The notes under the pieces: model-generated
What the model saw: only the letters and a program-made list of their open reading frames with translations
Told to the model about the DNA's origin: nothing
Database searches by the model: none
Shown here: positions 36,959 through 50,159 of the stretch, one piece after another
Layout of the letters: every line of letters starts with the position of its first letter
How positions within the stretch are numbered: position 1 is the stretch's first letter
From: Isurus oxyrinchus
Lineage: Eukaryota
Assembly (NCBI GenBank): GCA_026770705.1
Contig: JANJGN010000010.1
Location: forward strand, 11,904,001-11,968,000
Direction: 5' to 3'
Length of the DNA: 64,000 bases
Made by a program: the position numbers and the translations under genes

Positions 36959-39900
36959 TGTAGAATAATGGGTTAATAGTTATGGTAATGAGTTAGTGAT
37001 GGATATCATGATTTAAAGTGATATCAGCAGCCATGTGCAAAAGACTAAGAAAAAAAATGGAGTAGTCCTTACAAGAGAGATATGTACTTGCCTCAAAGCT
37101 TAGAATATATTATAGTATAAATAAAGGAGTTTTGAAGAAATCTACCTGAGTTAAACCTTAGTTACTCATAGGTAGAGGGAACCTTTCCAATCCAGATCAG
37201 GCCAATTACCCGAAGAGAGATCCAAATACTATTCAAAGTGGAAACCAAACCACAAACCATGGTAACAGAGGTGATGACAATTGGAAGAAGACTTCTCCAA
37301 AGGAAGACTCAGGAGAATTTCCTTGGTCCAGGACAGCACCAGTCGAGCAGTCACCACCCCTTCCACAGCCATTTGAAAACCTCGATGGTCCACAGAGAGG
37401 CCAGCGTTGGAAGTTGTGGAAAAGGCACTTCCTGAGGTATCGAGCAGCATTGGGTTTGCATGCCAAAGAGCAGAAGAACCAGGTTAGTATGTTCTTGTAT
37501 GCAGTCGGGCCCATTGCTGACAATGTCCCCTTGAAACAAGGGGTAGAAGAGGCCTCTGCCAATTGTGAGTCCCTCTTGAAAGCTTTCGATGCATACTTCA
37601 GCCCAAAACGGAACCTCGTAATTGAGTGAGTGTGACTCAATCAGAGGTCCCAAAGGCCAGGGGAATCCATCAAATTGTTCCTTTCAGATCTGTATAGGTT
37701 AGCCAGTTATTGTAGGTGTGGTGCATCGAAAAATGAACATATTGTTGTCAGAGTCTGTAACAAAAAGCCATCGGGTATTTTGCAGACAAAAGACAGTCCA
37801 GGACTTGAACAAACGGTTCCATATGCTAGGCGGACTGAACACTGGGAGCAAAATCAGGCCATAATCCATGGAAAAAGCGAGGCTTTGGATGGGTCTGTTA
37901 GTTGGGTGCTCTCAAAGGCGGTAGCCATGCCCACTTGAAAGCCTGCCAAAACGAAGGAAAGAGTGGGAAATCCTACAGCAGCCCACATTTTAAAGTGCCC
38001 CACATTTCAGAGCTAAAAAGCAGAACAGAAGACAAGATTGTCCAGAAGGGGGCACAAAGCGAAGCCTCAGCTCGTTCTGTAAATCTAAGTGCACGGTTGA
38101 AGGAAGACAGCAAGAGAATGTCTATGGAACACGGACAATACAGGAAATTGGAAATAAGGAAAGAAATGCGAATACAGATTCCCTAGGAGAAGTGAAGAAT
38201 TAAGAACAAAAGGTTTGGGCAGCTGCTTTAGCAGTTGAAGGCTTTAAAACAGAGTTTAAGTTTGATACCGGAGCCAGTGTTACAATACCGGCTGACCATT
38301 TAGAATGGTTCGAAGCAGTCGGCATCCAGCCATCGAGAACTAACTTGCAAGGCCCAGATGGTACAGATCTTTGAATGAAAGGTCATATAGCTGCCGCTTG
38401 CCACAAAGAGCAAGGGATTTCCGAGACCCTCAAATCTTGCATAATCAAAGAGCATCTTTATTGAGCAGAAGTGCATGTGTACAACCAGGCATTCTGAAAA
38501 TAGCAGACAAAGTCCTACAGCAGGACAGTCAGGGAAGAATTTCCAAGGTTGGGTGACAAACCGATGGATTTTGATTCAGCAGCAGCTGGTGGGGTTTATT
38601 CATTAAGCAATGGATCATTCTTTATCACCGAAGCATCATCCACTGGACCTCAGGAGGAGATTGCAGATCTCTTAGTTCTTTTCGAAGATAGGCTGGAAGG
38701 CACAGAAATACAAGGCACTGACAAAGACAGTGACCACCTGCAAGAGGAGCTTCTGGATCTAGACTGGCTCTTTCCTGAAGAAAGTTATGAGAAAGAGACT
38801 ATAGTGGCAATGTATAATCCCTTGGAAGGTGAGGTCTTAGAGCTTGGTATGCTCTTTGAATCTACTGCCAAAGCATATGAAGTCTCTGTTGTCTTATTTG
38901 AGGAGGTAGCGTAATTTGCTCTTGAAGAGCAGAATTTGTATATTTGTCCCACTGAACCAATGAGATGCTTTGTATATTGCTGGCTGACCATAATAAGGTG
39001 TCCAGTGAGAACAAAACGCTTGATTCCATGTTGGAATGAAGGTGGAGCTTATTAGTTTGGGTGAAAGTAAGTTGACACTGACACTTCAATCTCATTAGCA
39101 AATCATGATGTTATGGTTCATCAAATCATCTTTCCACTAAATTTGTCCTTCAGTGGAGAAGCAGAAGCCAAAATTACAGAGTTTCTAAAGCTGAAGATTC
39201 CTGTACAAGAATTTCATCTATGCTCATTCCTGGAGATTCGTTCCATTGTTGGGAATGATGTTGTCTTATCTACTTCAGCTAAACCATCGTCCCATTGCCT
39301 TCAGCGGAGCAACCTAGTGCTGGAGAAAGCATGGCAATGTTATCACTACCTGAAAGTAGCACACACAATGCAGTGGGGAAGTTGTATTTTCTTCATATTC
39401 TGCAATGTCTACAAGATTTTCATCACTATTCTCCTTGTCTTCCCGATTTGTTCAAATGTCAGATATTGATAACCTTTTTTGTCCTCAATGCAGCCATGAA
39501 TGATACAGCTTTGCAATTCTTTGTTGGAGCTGAAGAGACTTCATCTTAGAAACACAGAAATTAGGAGCAGGAGTAGGCCATTCGGCCCTTCGAGCCTGCT
39601 CCACCATTCATTATGATCATGGCTGATCATCCAACTCAATAGCCTGCTCCCGCTTTCTCCCCATACCCTTTGATCCCTTTCACCGTGAGAGCTATATCTA
39701 ACTCCTTGTTGTAAACATACAATGTTTTGGTCTTAACCAATTTCTGTAGTAACGAATTCCACAGGCTCACCACTCTCTGGGTGAAGAAATTTCTCCTCAT
39801 CTCAGTCCTAAATGGTCTACCCCGTATCCTCAGACTGTGACCCCTGGTTCTGGACTCCCCCACCATCGGGAACAGCCTTCCTGCATCTATCCTGTCTAGC

Positions 39901-40407
39901 CCTGTTAGAATTTTATAGGCTTCTTTGCTTTTTTTCAGGCCTTTCTCCATTGAGCTAAGAGCGAGCAGAAGATTCCAGAGAGAACGCTGGTTTGTCCTCT
40001 TCTCATTCGTGACAGTGCATTTGGCCGTGTCCTGAGATCTTCTCTCTTGAATCAGTCCTTTGTTGAAAAGGTTTCACAGCCCTTATAGTTCAGTTGTCAT
40101 AGAGACCGCAGCCCAGTTACCAATACCAGTGGAAATCCGCTATCCCACTCTGCCAATCTATTTGTTTCCCAGTGAAAGGATGAGCCACCAAATCTGTCTA
40201 TGATCTCATCCCAGAGGACCGAGAAGGTTGTGGGAGCTTGAAGCCCTTTATGAAGGGTGGGAAGGGTAGGAGCTGGAGAAAGTCTGCAACAGTGCAGGAG
40301 GGTTACAGAAGTTCGAAAAATAGAATGTGAATAGTTTAAGAAATAGTTTAAGTTTCTTATTTAAAAAGTTGAGATTATATAGGGGGAGATGTAGAATAAT
40401 GGGTTAA
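36959..40407 (+). mobile_element. Decayed Ty3/Gypsy LTR retrotransposon (gag and protease; RT/IN not recognisable)
   Basis: 5' LTR ~36959-37168 starts TGTAGAATAATGGGTTAA and contains AATAAA. Gag WKLWKRHFLRYR...FLYAVG; protease EFKFDTGASVT at 38252-38284. PPT AGGGGGAGA at 40381-40389 is followed by the same 18-bp LTR start. Confidence 0.82.
39548..39920 (-). mobile_element. CR1 3' fragment inside the Gypsy element
   Basis: TRGHSLRIRG...RRNFFTQRVV and CR1 tail. Confidence 0.85.
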
Positions 40408-41280
40408 ATTTGATATGGTGCTACTTCAAAGGTTATTACAGAAATTAAAAACTCATGCTGTAGGGGATAACATATTAGCATCGGTAGAGATTGGCTGGCT
40501 GGCAGAAAACAGAGAGTATGCATAAATGGGTCATTTCCTGATTGGCAAGATGTGTTGAGTGGAGACCTGCAGGGGTCTGTGCTGGGACCTCAACATTTTG
40601 CAATTTATATCAATGACTTCGATGAGGGGAGTGAAGGCATAGCACCTAAATTTGCAGATGACACAAAGATAGTTAGGAAAGAATGTTGTCAAGAGGACAT
40701 ATGGAGGTTGTGGTCAGATTTGATAGGTTGAGTGAGTGGGCAAAAATTTGGCAGATGGAGTATAATGTGGATAAATGTGAAGTTGTTCTCTTTGGCAGGA
40801 AGAATAAAAAAGCAGAATATTACTTAGATGAAGAACAGCTGCAGAATTTTGAAATATAGAGGGATCTAGGTGTTTTAGTGCATGAATCACAAAAAGTTAG
40901 TATGCAAATACAGCAAGTAATTAAAAAGGCTAATGGAATGCTATTCTTTATTATGAGAGGAATTGAACATAAACGTAAGGATGTTATGCTTCAGTTATAC
41001 AGGGCATTGGTGAGACCATATCTCGAATATTGTGTTCAGTTTTGGTCTCCTTATTTAACGAAAGATGTTAATGCATTTGAGATGGTTCAGATGGTATGAT
41101 AGGGTTGTCTTATGACGGTAGGCTGGACAGGCTGGGCTTGTTTCCACTGGAGTTTAGAAAAGTAAAGGGTGACTTGATTGAAGCATATAAGATCCTGAAC
41201 AATCCTGACAAGGTGGACATGGAAAAGGATGTTTCTTCTTGTGGGTGAGTCCAGAACCAGGGGGCATTGTTTTAAAATCT
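40408..41280 (+). mobile_element. CR1 RT fragment truncating the Gypsy 3' LTR
   Basis: QGSVLGP, KFADDTK and LVRPYLEYCVQFWSP. Confidence 0.85.
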
Positions 41281-41831
41281 CCTTTTGTGCTCTGCTATGC
41301 ATCTCTTCTGTCTTTTAATGTTCTTTTCCCATAATACTGTTTGTTTTAAATTAATGACAGGGAAAGGCAGTGGAATTTACTGGAGTAAAAGTTACACCTA
41401 AAAATAATATATGGAATACACTGTAGAACTGGTATGCACCCTCATTCAGGTACTCGAGGCGAAAATTACTTTTGAGAGAAAGCCTTTATTCTACAGCAGA
41501 ATCTGAAATGGAAATTTTGCTGCAGTAATAATAAAGAGACTGAAAAATTGCCCAATTAACAGAGGAACTGCACAGAACACATGCTCAGTAACATATTGTT
41601 CACAAAACACTTCTACCTCTCAATTGTAGGCTTATAGAAAGAGTTCAATATAGCTTCTGTTTGCTCATAGCTATACACATTAGCACAGCATTATGTTTGA
41701 AAACATAGCGGTGTACTTTTAGCAGTCTCTTTTCTATTATTTTACATATTTTGTTAGTTAAGAAGAGGATTTTATGATTGTACAATTACTCTTAGTTGGT
41801 CTTTATATGTCTCTTAAATCGCAAACACAAT

Positions 41832-41948
41832 GGGTGGAACTTTACACCGACAGGATCTTACAGTCCCACCGAAGTCAAAGGACTTTTGAACGGCTCGTCA
41901 TATTTTACAACCCCACTCCTGCCATTATGGGGCTGTAAAATTCCGCCC
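41832..41948. mobile_element. Short PIF/Harbinger-like MITE
   Basis: TIRs GGGTGGAACTTTAC / GTAAAATTCCGCCC; 3-bp TSD AAT on both sides. Confidence 0.65.
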
Positions 41949-42944
41949 AATGAATGAGTTGAAAAATATGCACTCAGTTCTGTTGAACTGCTAACTCATT
42001 GCTTGCAAGTTAGTTAATTAGCTTTCAATATGAAGGGTGCTTTGCTTTTGAAGAAGACAGTATCCTATTAGACAGCACAAAGAAGGAATATACAAAATAA
42101 GTATAATGCAGAAAGGCTGAACTTTCCAACTGCATTCTTTGAAGATTAACTGGCTCTGGTCATTCTTAGAAATGCCTTTTCCCATTTTCTGTTCATTTTT
42201 AGGAGACTATTTCTAAGAGGCTTTTTTGCTTTCTATCCATTGAAGTTTTTTACTTTGTGCATCAACTTATATTTGCGCTGATTTTCAGCACACGTAATGC
42301 TACAAAGAATTGAACGGATGCTATAATAAGTAGTAAATGGTCTTTATACTGATACAAATTCAGAATATGGTATGAACAATACATGACAACATTTTGTGAT
42401 GTCTGGTGTGATGTAAAATAATGAAAAATTCTGTCTCTACATTCACTGCTAGATTCTTATGGGATTGTGATAGGCTTCAAATCAAAATATTTATAAAAGG
42501 GGCAAATGAATTGCATCCAAACAGATGTACAAATGTGTTAAAGTTGCTTATAAGAGTTAGACTTGCCACATGTTATAGCATATGCAGTTCAAACTAACCT
42601 AAGCCAAAACAAACTCAAGTTGACACTGAACATTGTATGATACTTGGAAGAAATGCAGTTTCTAATTTCATTGGTTTTACAAGATGAAAAATACATGCAC
42701 TACCTTTTAAAATTACTTCAGTCCATGTACATGATTTTTAAATTTATAATAAAAAAGCAATGAAACTTAAAATCATTTCACAATATTCCAATGAAGCTCG
42801 AGGAGCAGCACTACATCTTTCAATAAGGTACTTGACTTCTGGATACAAAATTAAGTTCAATGATTTTAGATCTGAATCTCTTCCACCATTTTTTCAAATA
42901 GCAGCTGTGACAGTGATTCTGCTATTTTCATTTTCATGTCCTCA

Positions 42945-43222
42945 TTTTTTGTTTCCTTATTGTTCCATTACCAACCTTCCCCTTTGCCTTGCACTATTAT
43001 CCCTTTTATCATTTAATAAATCCTCCCTTTCACCCTATCATAGATCTTCCCTTTTGTTCTTTCCTGCCTTCACTTTTGCTGTTGCTGTGCTTGCTTAAAA
43101 CCTGTTACATCTCTAACCGTTGCCAGTTCTAATGAAAGGTAATTGAACTGAAGCTTTAGCTCTGCTTCCTTCCCCGCGGATGCTGCCTGACATGCTGAGT
43201 ATTTCTAGCATTTTCTGATTTT
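42945..43222 (+). mobile_element. Penelope-like pseudo-LTR with degenerate hammerhead (43125-43163)
   Basis: Pyrimidine-rich leader, AGTTCTAATGAAAGGT...ACTGAAGCTTTAGCT, then GATGCTGCCTGACATGCTGAGTATTTCTAGCA. Confidence 0.6.
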
Positions 43223-43259
43223 GGTAAAGTCATGTCAAGTCTAATGAGTTTACTCACAT

Positions 43260-43530
43260 GTTCAAATCCCTTCATGGTCTTCCCTCCCTACCTCTGTAAT
43301 CTCCTCTAGACCTACAACCCTGAGAACTCTGCATTCTTCCAACTTTGTCCTCTTGTGCACCCCCCATTCCCTTTGTCCTGGTGACCATGCTTTCCGCTGT
43401 CTAGATCCTAAATTGTAGAATTCCCACCTTAAACCTCCTATCTTTTCATTTAAGATCCTGCTCAAAAACCTGTCTCGTTGACTAAGTTTCTAATAACTTC
43501 TCTTAATGTCAGTTTCTTTGGCTTAGAGTC
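43260..43530 (+). mobile_element. L2-like LINE 3' fragment
   Basis: TTCAAATCCCTTCATGG...CCCTACCTCTGTAATCTCCTC; homologous to 28885-29245. Confidence 0.55.
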
Positions 43531-45186
43531 AGTTTTTCTACAACTACAGTCATAGCAGTGCCCATAGATTTGCCTTCAAGAAGCATAAGGGTAATAGTTT
43601 GTAATCTGCTTGAGAGTGGCCATTTCAAATTTAGCTATTGTGTTGAGAAGTGATAGTTAACACGTGTTAATAATACATACAGTCATAAAGTCATTATTCC
43701 TGGCTGAGGCCCAAGCAAGAAACAGTTAGTGAATCAGCCCTTAGTTAAAAGTAGGGTTGTGAGGTAAGGGGAAAATAAAAACGTGGTTGACTCATCCAGA
43801 GATCAATAGCCAGTATCCTTCCATCAAATTAAGGTGACGGACACGCAGCAACTCTGCTGGGGTTGGGGTAGCTCCATAGGGTGGATTTTTGCTGATGGCA
43901 GAAGGGACCAATCCATGAGAGGCAGGTTCTGCCAGAAATGCTGCAATTGAGGTGTTTATCAGACATTGTGGATTGCTGTGTTCAGTGTTAGCATCTTCTG
44001 TCAAGCTGCTGTGGCTACTGATTGTCATTGTGGCGCAAGCTGGCCCACAAGAAAGGTTGCCATTCCTCCCTGTTGTTGGCTAGAATCTCCCACGTGTGAA
44101 AATCAATGTTTAGGGTCCTCATGTCACACTTGCAAGCATCCTTGAAGCGGACCTTTGAGCATCCTACTGGTCTTCATTGACTTACTGGGGAATATTGACT
44201 CAAGAAGGTCAAGTCCTTCTGATACCCTCAAAAGCAAAGTTCTATTTTGTCTCTGGTACAAGTAACAGTTCTTCCTAGTCTTTCTGTGTCAATCAGAAAA
44301 ATACATTTACTGCCTAGCAAGTGAAAAGGTATCCCTACCAGTACAAGGCGCCTTTCAGTATCAGAAAGTGTATCAGAGAGTAGTAACTTAATTGTAGCAA
44401 CACCCAAATGTTACAAGCAAAGCTAAGAGTGCCACTTAATTAAGGGTAGTTTAATATCAAGAATATCATGAGGGAAACCAGCTCAGATACAGTTACTGAC
44501 AGATACAGGTACAGATTCAGATACACGTGAAACAGATAACCCTGCCATAAAGAGGCTAATTGACTCCACATTCCAGAAGTCAATGCCTGTGTATCAAGAA
44601 AAGAAGGAGATTGACTTAATTACACTGCTCATAAGGGTAGGATCATGTTGGCTCTGAACGTGCTTATAGACATAAGCATACGCTATTTGTAGACTGACTG
44701 TTCAAAGCTGTTACATCAGCTAGTTAAGGAATTAATCTTAAAAAGAAATCTTAGCAATTGATAATCTCAGACTCTGGTCACTGTCATTGTTAATACCTGT
44801 TAGCACTGACTCCAATATGGTTAATTTCAGAGTCAGAATGCCACTTCTAGGTTTTAGTACAGTATAAACAAAGTTATTACAGGCGCTGGAAATCTGAAAC
44901 TAAAACAGAAAATGCTGGAAATACTCAACAGACGAGCATCTGTGGAGGACGGACTCTTTTTCCCAATTTGATGATATGTTTTCTTCCCTTATCTTGAGAT
45001 TTGGAACTTGAGTTTATACTTTTAATCTGAAGGTCTTGATTTAGTGTATTCATTTTTCAATCTCAAACTCTCCTCCCCTCAGTAATATTACACAGTACAA
45101 TATAAGTTGGCACATTGTTGAGATCAGTTAAAAATACCTAAATGCAATGTTATAGTAGAGATAAGTGTTCATATTTGTCTTTGGAC

Positions 45187-46633
45187 TGTCATGAAGAGAT
45201 ATTGGAAATTATTATTTTAAAAATTTTAAAATCTGTGTGTGTGTGTTAATTGGGTTAAAGCCAGCTAGTCTGGGTTCTTTGATGTATGGTAGTTTTGAGA
45301 TGCAAACAGTAAGGTAAAGTGTGCATTTGCATTTTGTTGAATAAACCATTCAGAGACTGGGGTGAAATCTTCCACCTAGCTAGGAAACACCAAGCAATGT
45401 TTATATTAGTAGTAAAATTAGTACTATGGAAGGGGTTCAAAGGGCCTGGTGATACAATGAGAATTTACATTCAAAGGGGAAGGCTGGGTATAACAGAAAG
45501 GAGTTTTGTGTGTGCAGGTCAGAGGCATGTAAGATCTAAGCCTGTAAGCTTACCACTGTGTCTGCAAAAGAACCAAATTGAAAGGAACCTCATTTTGAAT
45601 TGGTAAGGTAAAAAATGCTTTGCCTGGTGTCTGTTTAAGCCTATTGGTTATTGTTGCCTTAGTGGGGAATAGTCATAGAGACCTATAGCACAGAAAAAGG
45701 CCCTTCAGCCCATCGAGTCTGCGCCGGTCAAACAAGTACCTAACTATTCTAATCCCATTTTCCAGCACTAGGCCCATAGCCTTGTATGCCATCGCATTGC
45801 AAGTGCACATCCAAATACTTCTCAAATGTTATGAGGGTTTCTGCCTCTACCACCCTTTCAGGCAGCGATTTCCAGATTCCCACCACCCTCTGGGTGAAAA
45901 AATTCTTCCTCACATCCCCTCTAAACTTCCTGCCCCTTACCTTAAATCTATGCCCCCTGGTTATTAATCCCTCCACCAAGGGGAAAAGTTCCTTCCTGTC
46001 TACCCTATCTATGTCCCTCATAATTTTATACACCTCAGTCATGTCCCCCCTCAATCTCCTCTGCTCCAAGGAAAATAACCCCAGTCTATCCAATCTCTCC
46101 TCATAACTAAAACTCTCCAGACCAGGCAACATCCAGGTAAATCTCCTCTGCACTCTCTCTGGTGCAGTCACATCCTTCCTATAATGCGGATTCCAGAACT
46201 GCACGCAACACTCTAACTGTGGCCTAACCAGCGTTTTATACAGTTCCAGCATAACCTCCCTGCTCTTATATTCTATGCCTTGGCTAATAAAGGCAAGTAT
46301 CCCATGTGCCTTCTTAACCACCTTACTACCTGCCCGCTACTTTATGCCCGGTGGACATATACACCAAGACCCTCTGATCCTTGGTACTTTCCAGGGTCTT
46401 TTGTTATAAGTTATGATGGTAGTAATTTGTAGCCATGTGTATATGTGTTTTAATTTGTTGTAAATTAATAAATGTCTCATGTAAAAACTGCTCGAGAACT
46501 GGTGGTCTTTGTCCTGAACTTAGAGCTGTAACTCGAAACATGCCAATTGAAAACATAGGTTATGACAGTTGTTTATAGTTTACCTCTGGGATTTTAAATA
46601 ACTCAGCCTTTACCAAACTGCTGTGTCATAACA
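45187..46633 (+). mobile_element. Solo LTR related to the Gmr1-like element, 4-bp TSD GGAC, interrupted by CR1
   Basis: TGTCATGA...TCATAACA termini; GGAC at 45183-45186 and 46634-46637. Colinear similarity to ~60623-61471. Confidence 0.82.
45672..46400 (-). mobile_element. Well-preserved CR1 3' fragment
   Basis: Uninterrupted 190-aa ORF2 C-terminus (45749-46321) and tail. Confidence 0.9.
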
Positions 46634-47834
46634 GGACTTTGGCCTGGATGTTAGGTTTGAAAAGTTGAATCAGTTGAGAAATAGAAACTGCAGCCTCAAT
46701 TTCAAACTCTCCAACCTTCTCTAAAGTTCAATGCTAAACATCAAAAGTCTACCCAAAGCTGATTTTGAATACTTTTCTCCATTTGCCTTCAACCATCAAT
46801 TATGTTTTGTGCATATGGTGTTGCCAGACTGAAAATAGGTTGAAACATTGATTTCTTCAGTTTCTGCAGATTAGCTCGACTCAATGAAACAGTACACTCA
46901 TAGACATCCATTTTCACTAATGTTGTTTTGTCTAATTATCTCTTAACTAATTGCTGGAAAGAAGTGCCACACTGTCCTACTTACTAAATGTTCATCTTTT
47001 CAGTTGTTTTCAATCAGTCATTTTATAGATTCAGATAGACGGATATTTAGAGTTGCTGTTATCAGAAACATTGCAAAGCTATTCACATATCAACTTACTT
47101 TTAAACATAGAGACTGCTATGCAAAAAAGAAACACATAAACACAATTTATTTTCTAAAGCATTACAGCATAAATTCCAATTAATCTCACACGCAAAATAT
47201 AAATTTCACATACGATACAATGATGCCACCCAGTGGCAACTGACAGTTTCATAGGCATTGTTCAGGTAGCTATTTTATGCAAGATGTGTTTAACAGTTTT
47301 AGAAACATGTTTCATTCAGTGTGATAAATGGTATAATGATATTTAATAATTATGTTTCATGCTGTTGACTATCATAATTTTTTTTAACATTTTGCCTAGT
47401 GGGACTTTTTATCTCAGGTGGGTAGATAATTCTTTTTTAGAGCCACAGGTTCAGTGAGGTCATATAACTAGTGGGCACACATTGGGGTAGGTGCTAATGA
47501 TGGACAGGTTTTTGGTGGCTGACTAGTAGAACGTAGTTGAAGGCAGCTTGAAAGATTGGACAGGAGGATTGGTCCTTTTTGAGGGTCAAGCCTTAATGGC
47601 AGTGGGCTATGGATAGAGAATAGATGCTCTGGTGTAGTTCACAAAGCTCTAGGTTGGTGTAATATGGGGCACTCTATCCAGACCTTTCGAGAAGGGATGG
47701 GCTTGGTCCAACTGCAACTCATAATGTTTTCATGGAGTCTGGAGGAGCAATACTCCTGCTCTGACTGGCACTGTCTTCAAATAGCAGTTTGATCCTATGT
47801 AAGTCCTAGGACCATGATTTACATGTTAAAATGG

Positions 47835-47997
47835 AACTGGAACTCCCTCCTTAACAACACTGCAGGTGCACCTACGCCACGTGAGCTGCAGCGGTTCAAG
47901 AAGGGGGCTTGCCGCCACCTTCTCAAGGGCAATTAGGGATGGGGAATAAATGCTGGCCTAGCCAGCGACGCCCACATCCCATGAATGGATAAAAAAA
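47835..47997 (+). mobile_element. LINE family B tail fragment
   Basis: GCAGCGGTTCAAGAAG...AATAAATGCTGGCCTAGCCAGCGACGCCCACATCCCATGAATG. Confidence 0.75.
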
Positions 47998-48664
47998 GGG
48001 ATGTAACACCCAACTCAGGTGGCCTAAAACTTCCCCCACTAGTTTGCAAGCCAAGGGATCTGCCTGACTTGATATCATGCCCACAATCCCGCTGTACATA
48101 AATGCTACTTCATTAAACAATAATTCCTTTCAGCTGTAACGCTGGTCCTGTTCCTTGTACAAATCCACACTAAAAGAGTACTGGCTTTCTACAATGCATC
48201 TTAGAAATTGGCAGACACTTGTTGTTAAATTTATACGGGTTTGGGGAAAATATGCAGAGAACCCTGGAAGTTTAATTAATTATATTTTTAGAAAAATGAA
48301 ATTATCATTGCAAAGGCATAATCATAGATATGGAGCAGAACCTTCCACTCCCGCCAGCAATAGGAATCGTGGTGGGTGGGGCCACTTAACTTGGCGTGAA
48401 TGAAAAAAAATCATGCTTCCCGCCTGTGGAAAATTAGTTTGGAATTTTGGTCTCCAGACCTTTAAGGCAGTTTTTAAAGGCAGGCTGAGTTTCCCACTAA
48501 GCAATGTCGGGAACCATATTTGCATCCATTAGCATCTTATGAATGCTCATTAAAGGGCCAACTAACAAATTCCCCCTCCAAATTAAGCACCCCGCCAGCA
48601 GCTAATTAGAATGGTTGCTGCATATAAATGGTGCGCACCTGGCGAGCTTCACTTCACCCATGAC

Positions 48665-49030
48665 TTGGGGGTCTGGTGGTTGATTGGGAGGAATAGGATG
48701 GGTCGGCGGTTGTTGGGTGGTCAGTTGGGGGGGCTGGGGTGGTAGGATCGGTTAGTGGGGGGGGTCAGGTGGTCAGTCAGGAGTAGGATGGGTAAGGGTG
48801 GTGTTGAGTGGTCAGTAGGGGTTGGGTAGGATGGGTTGGGTGGATTGGGAGGGTAGTTGCGAAGTTGGGGTAATCGGCAAGTCAGGAGGGTGCTCATTGG
48901 GGGCTAGTCAGGTTAGTTGGGGGTGGGGGGTAGTCAAGAGTTCAGGAGGGTAGTCGGGTGGTGGGAGCTAGTAGTGGGGAGTGGGGTGGTGGTTGGGGGG
49001 GTGGGTGGTACAGTGGGGTCATGGGGTCAA
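48665..49030 (+). repeat. G-rich, strand-skewed low-complexity tract
   Basis: Many GGG(G) runs separated by short TAG/TC/TT spacers; very few C. Confidence 0.8.
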
Positions 49031-49451
49031 TACTGTAGTTACCCAGGAGTTAGAAGTGGTTTTAATCCTTCAAACATTTCCTGGGTAACTATTCCGCTCA
49101 GACAGCTGGAACCATCCAAAACCTCCTGAATTCCCACCATTGTCTTTGCAGAAAGGGTAAGTAGGGCAGTAGGAGAGAATGTAAATTCTTAAAATGGGAG
49201 AGTGAAAGACAAAACAGATCAAAAAGGAGGGAAAGGAATGATATAATTCACAGAAAGACGTAAAGAGAAACAAGTTAGAATGTTGGCTTAATGGGGTAAG
49301 GTGCCTATAGAAGCAGTGAACTCAAGGCTGTGGTGGCAGATGGGAATTAAGATGGTACCTACATAATACTGATGCAACAAATAAAACATCCACTAGTTTT
49401 AATTGCTGAAACTTGGCATAAAGAACTAAAACAGAGGCGGGGAAACTCATT

Positions 49452-50155
49452 GGGCAGAATTTTCTGCCTGTCAGGCGGGTGGGCCTGACTCAATCTCCGG
49501 CGGGTGGGGAGCTGATCCCCGCCGGAGAAGCGGGCCCAGCCGCCATTTTACATGGGCCGGCCCATTAAGGCCCGCCCAGTGTGACGTCCGGCGGGAAGCG
49601 CTATGCGCTCTCTGTGTGGGCGGGGTGGGGGGGGGTACTTCCCTAAAAGCGAGAGTGCGCATGTCCATGAAAGAGCACACGTCTCCCTGAGACTAAGTGC
49701 TGCCTCAGGGAGATCACTTCCACTTTGAAAAATATTAAAAATAGAAAAGAAATTCTTAACATGTCCCCCTCTGGCGACAATGTCACATGAGATGGGACAT
49801 GTCCATAAATTTCACTAAAACTTAATTAAAATTTTTAAATTCCTACATGAAACCTTATCCCGCCGGTGGATGAGGTTTCATGTTTTTTCTATTCCCCACC
49901 AGGGCTCCTGGCCTGCCTGCTAACACTAAGGTTGGACGGGCAGGTCCTTTAATTGGTTCAATTATCCTGTCAATGGCCTCAAGTGGCCATTGACAGGTCA
50001 GCGGGCCCGCAGCTGATTTTGCTGTGCCCTCGCCTTCCTGAAAATTTAAATGGGGCGGGGTGACGTCGGGGGTTCCGCCCGACATCATCCCGCGTCATTT
50101 TACACGTTGGCGAACGGACCTCACCCCCCCGCTCGCCGACAGCAAAATTCAGCCC
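49452..50155 (+). mobile_element. PIF/Harbinger-like MITE with internal hairpins (copy 1)
   Basis: TIRs GGGCAGAATTTT / AAAATTCAGCCC; flanks ATT and AGT. Homologous to 58315-58892 in reverse orientation. Confidence 0.75.
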
Positions 50156-50159
50156 AGTT

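Noticed and set aside
45749-46321. Longest ORF in the track (190 aa) as a host gene
   Set aside because: It is the C-terminus of CR1 ORF2 inside a solo LTR.
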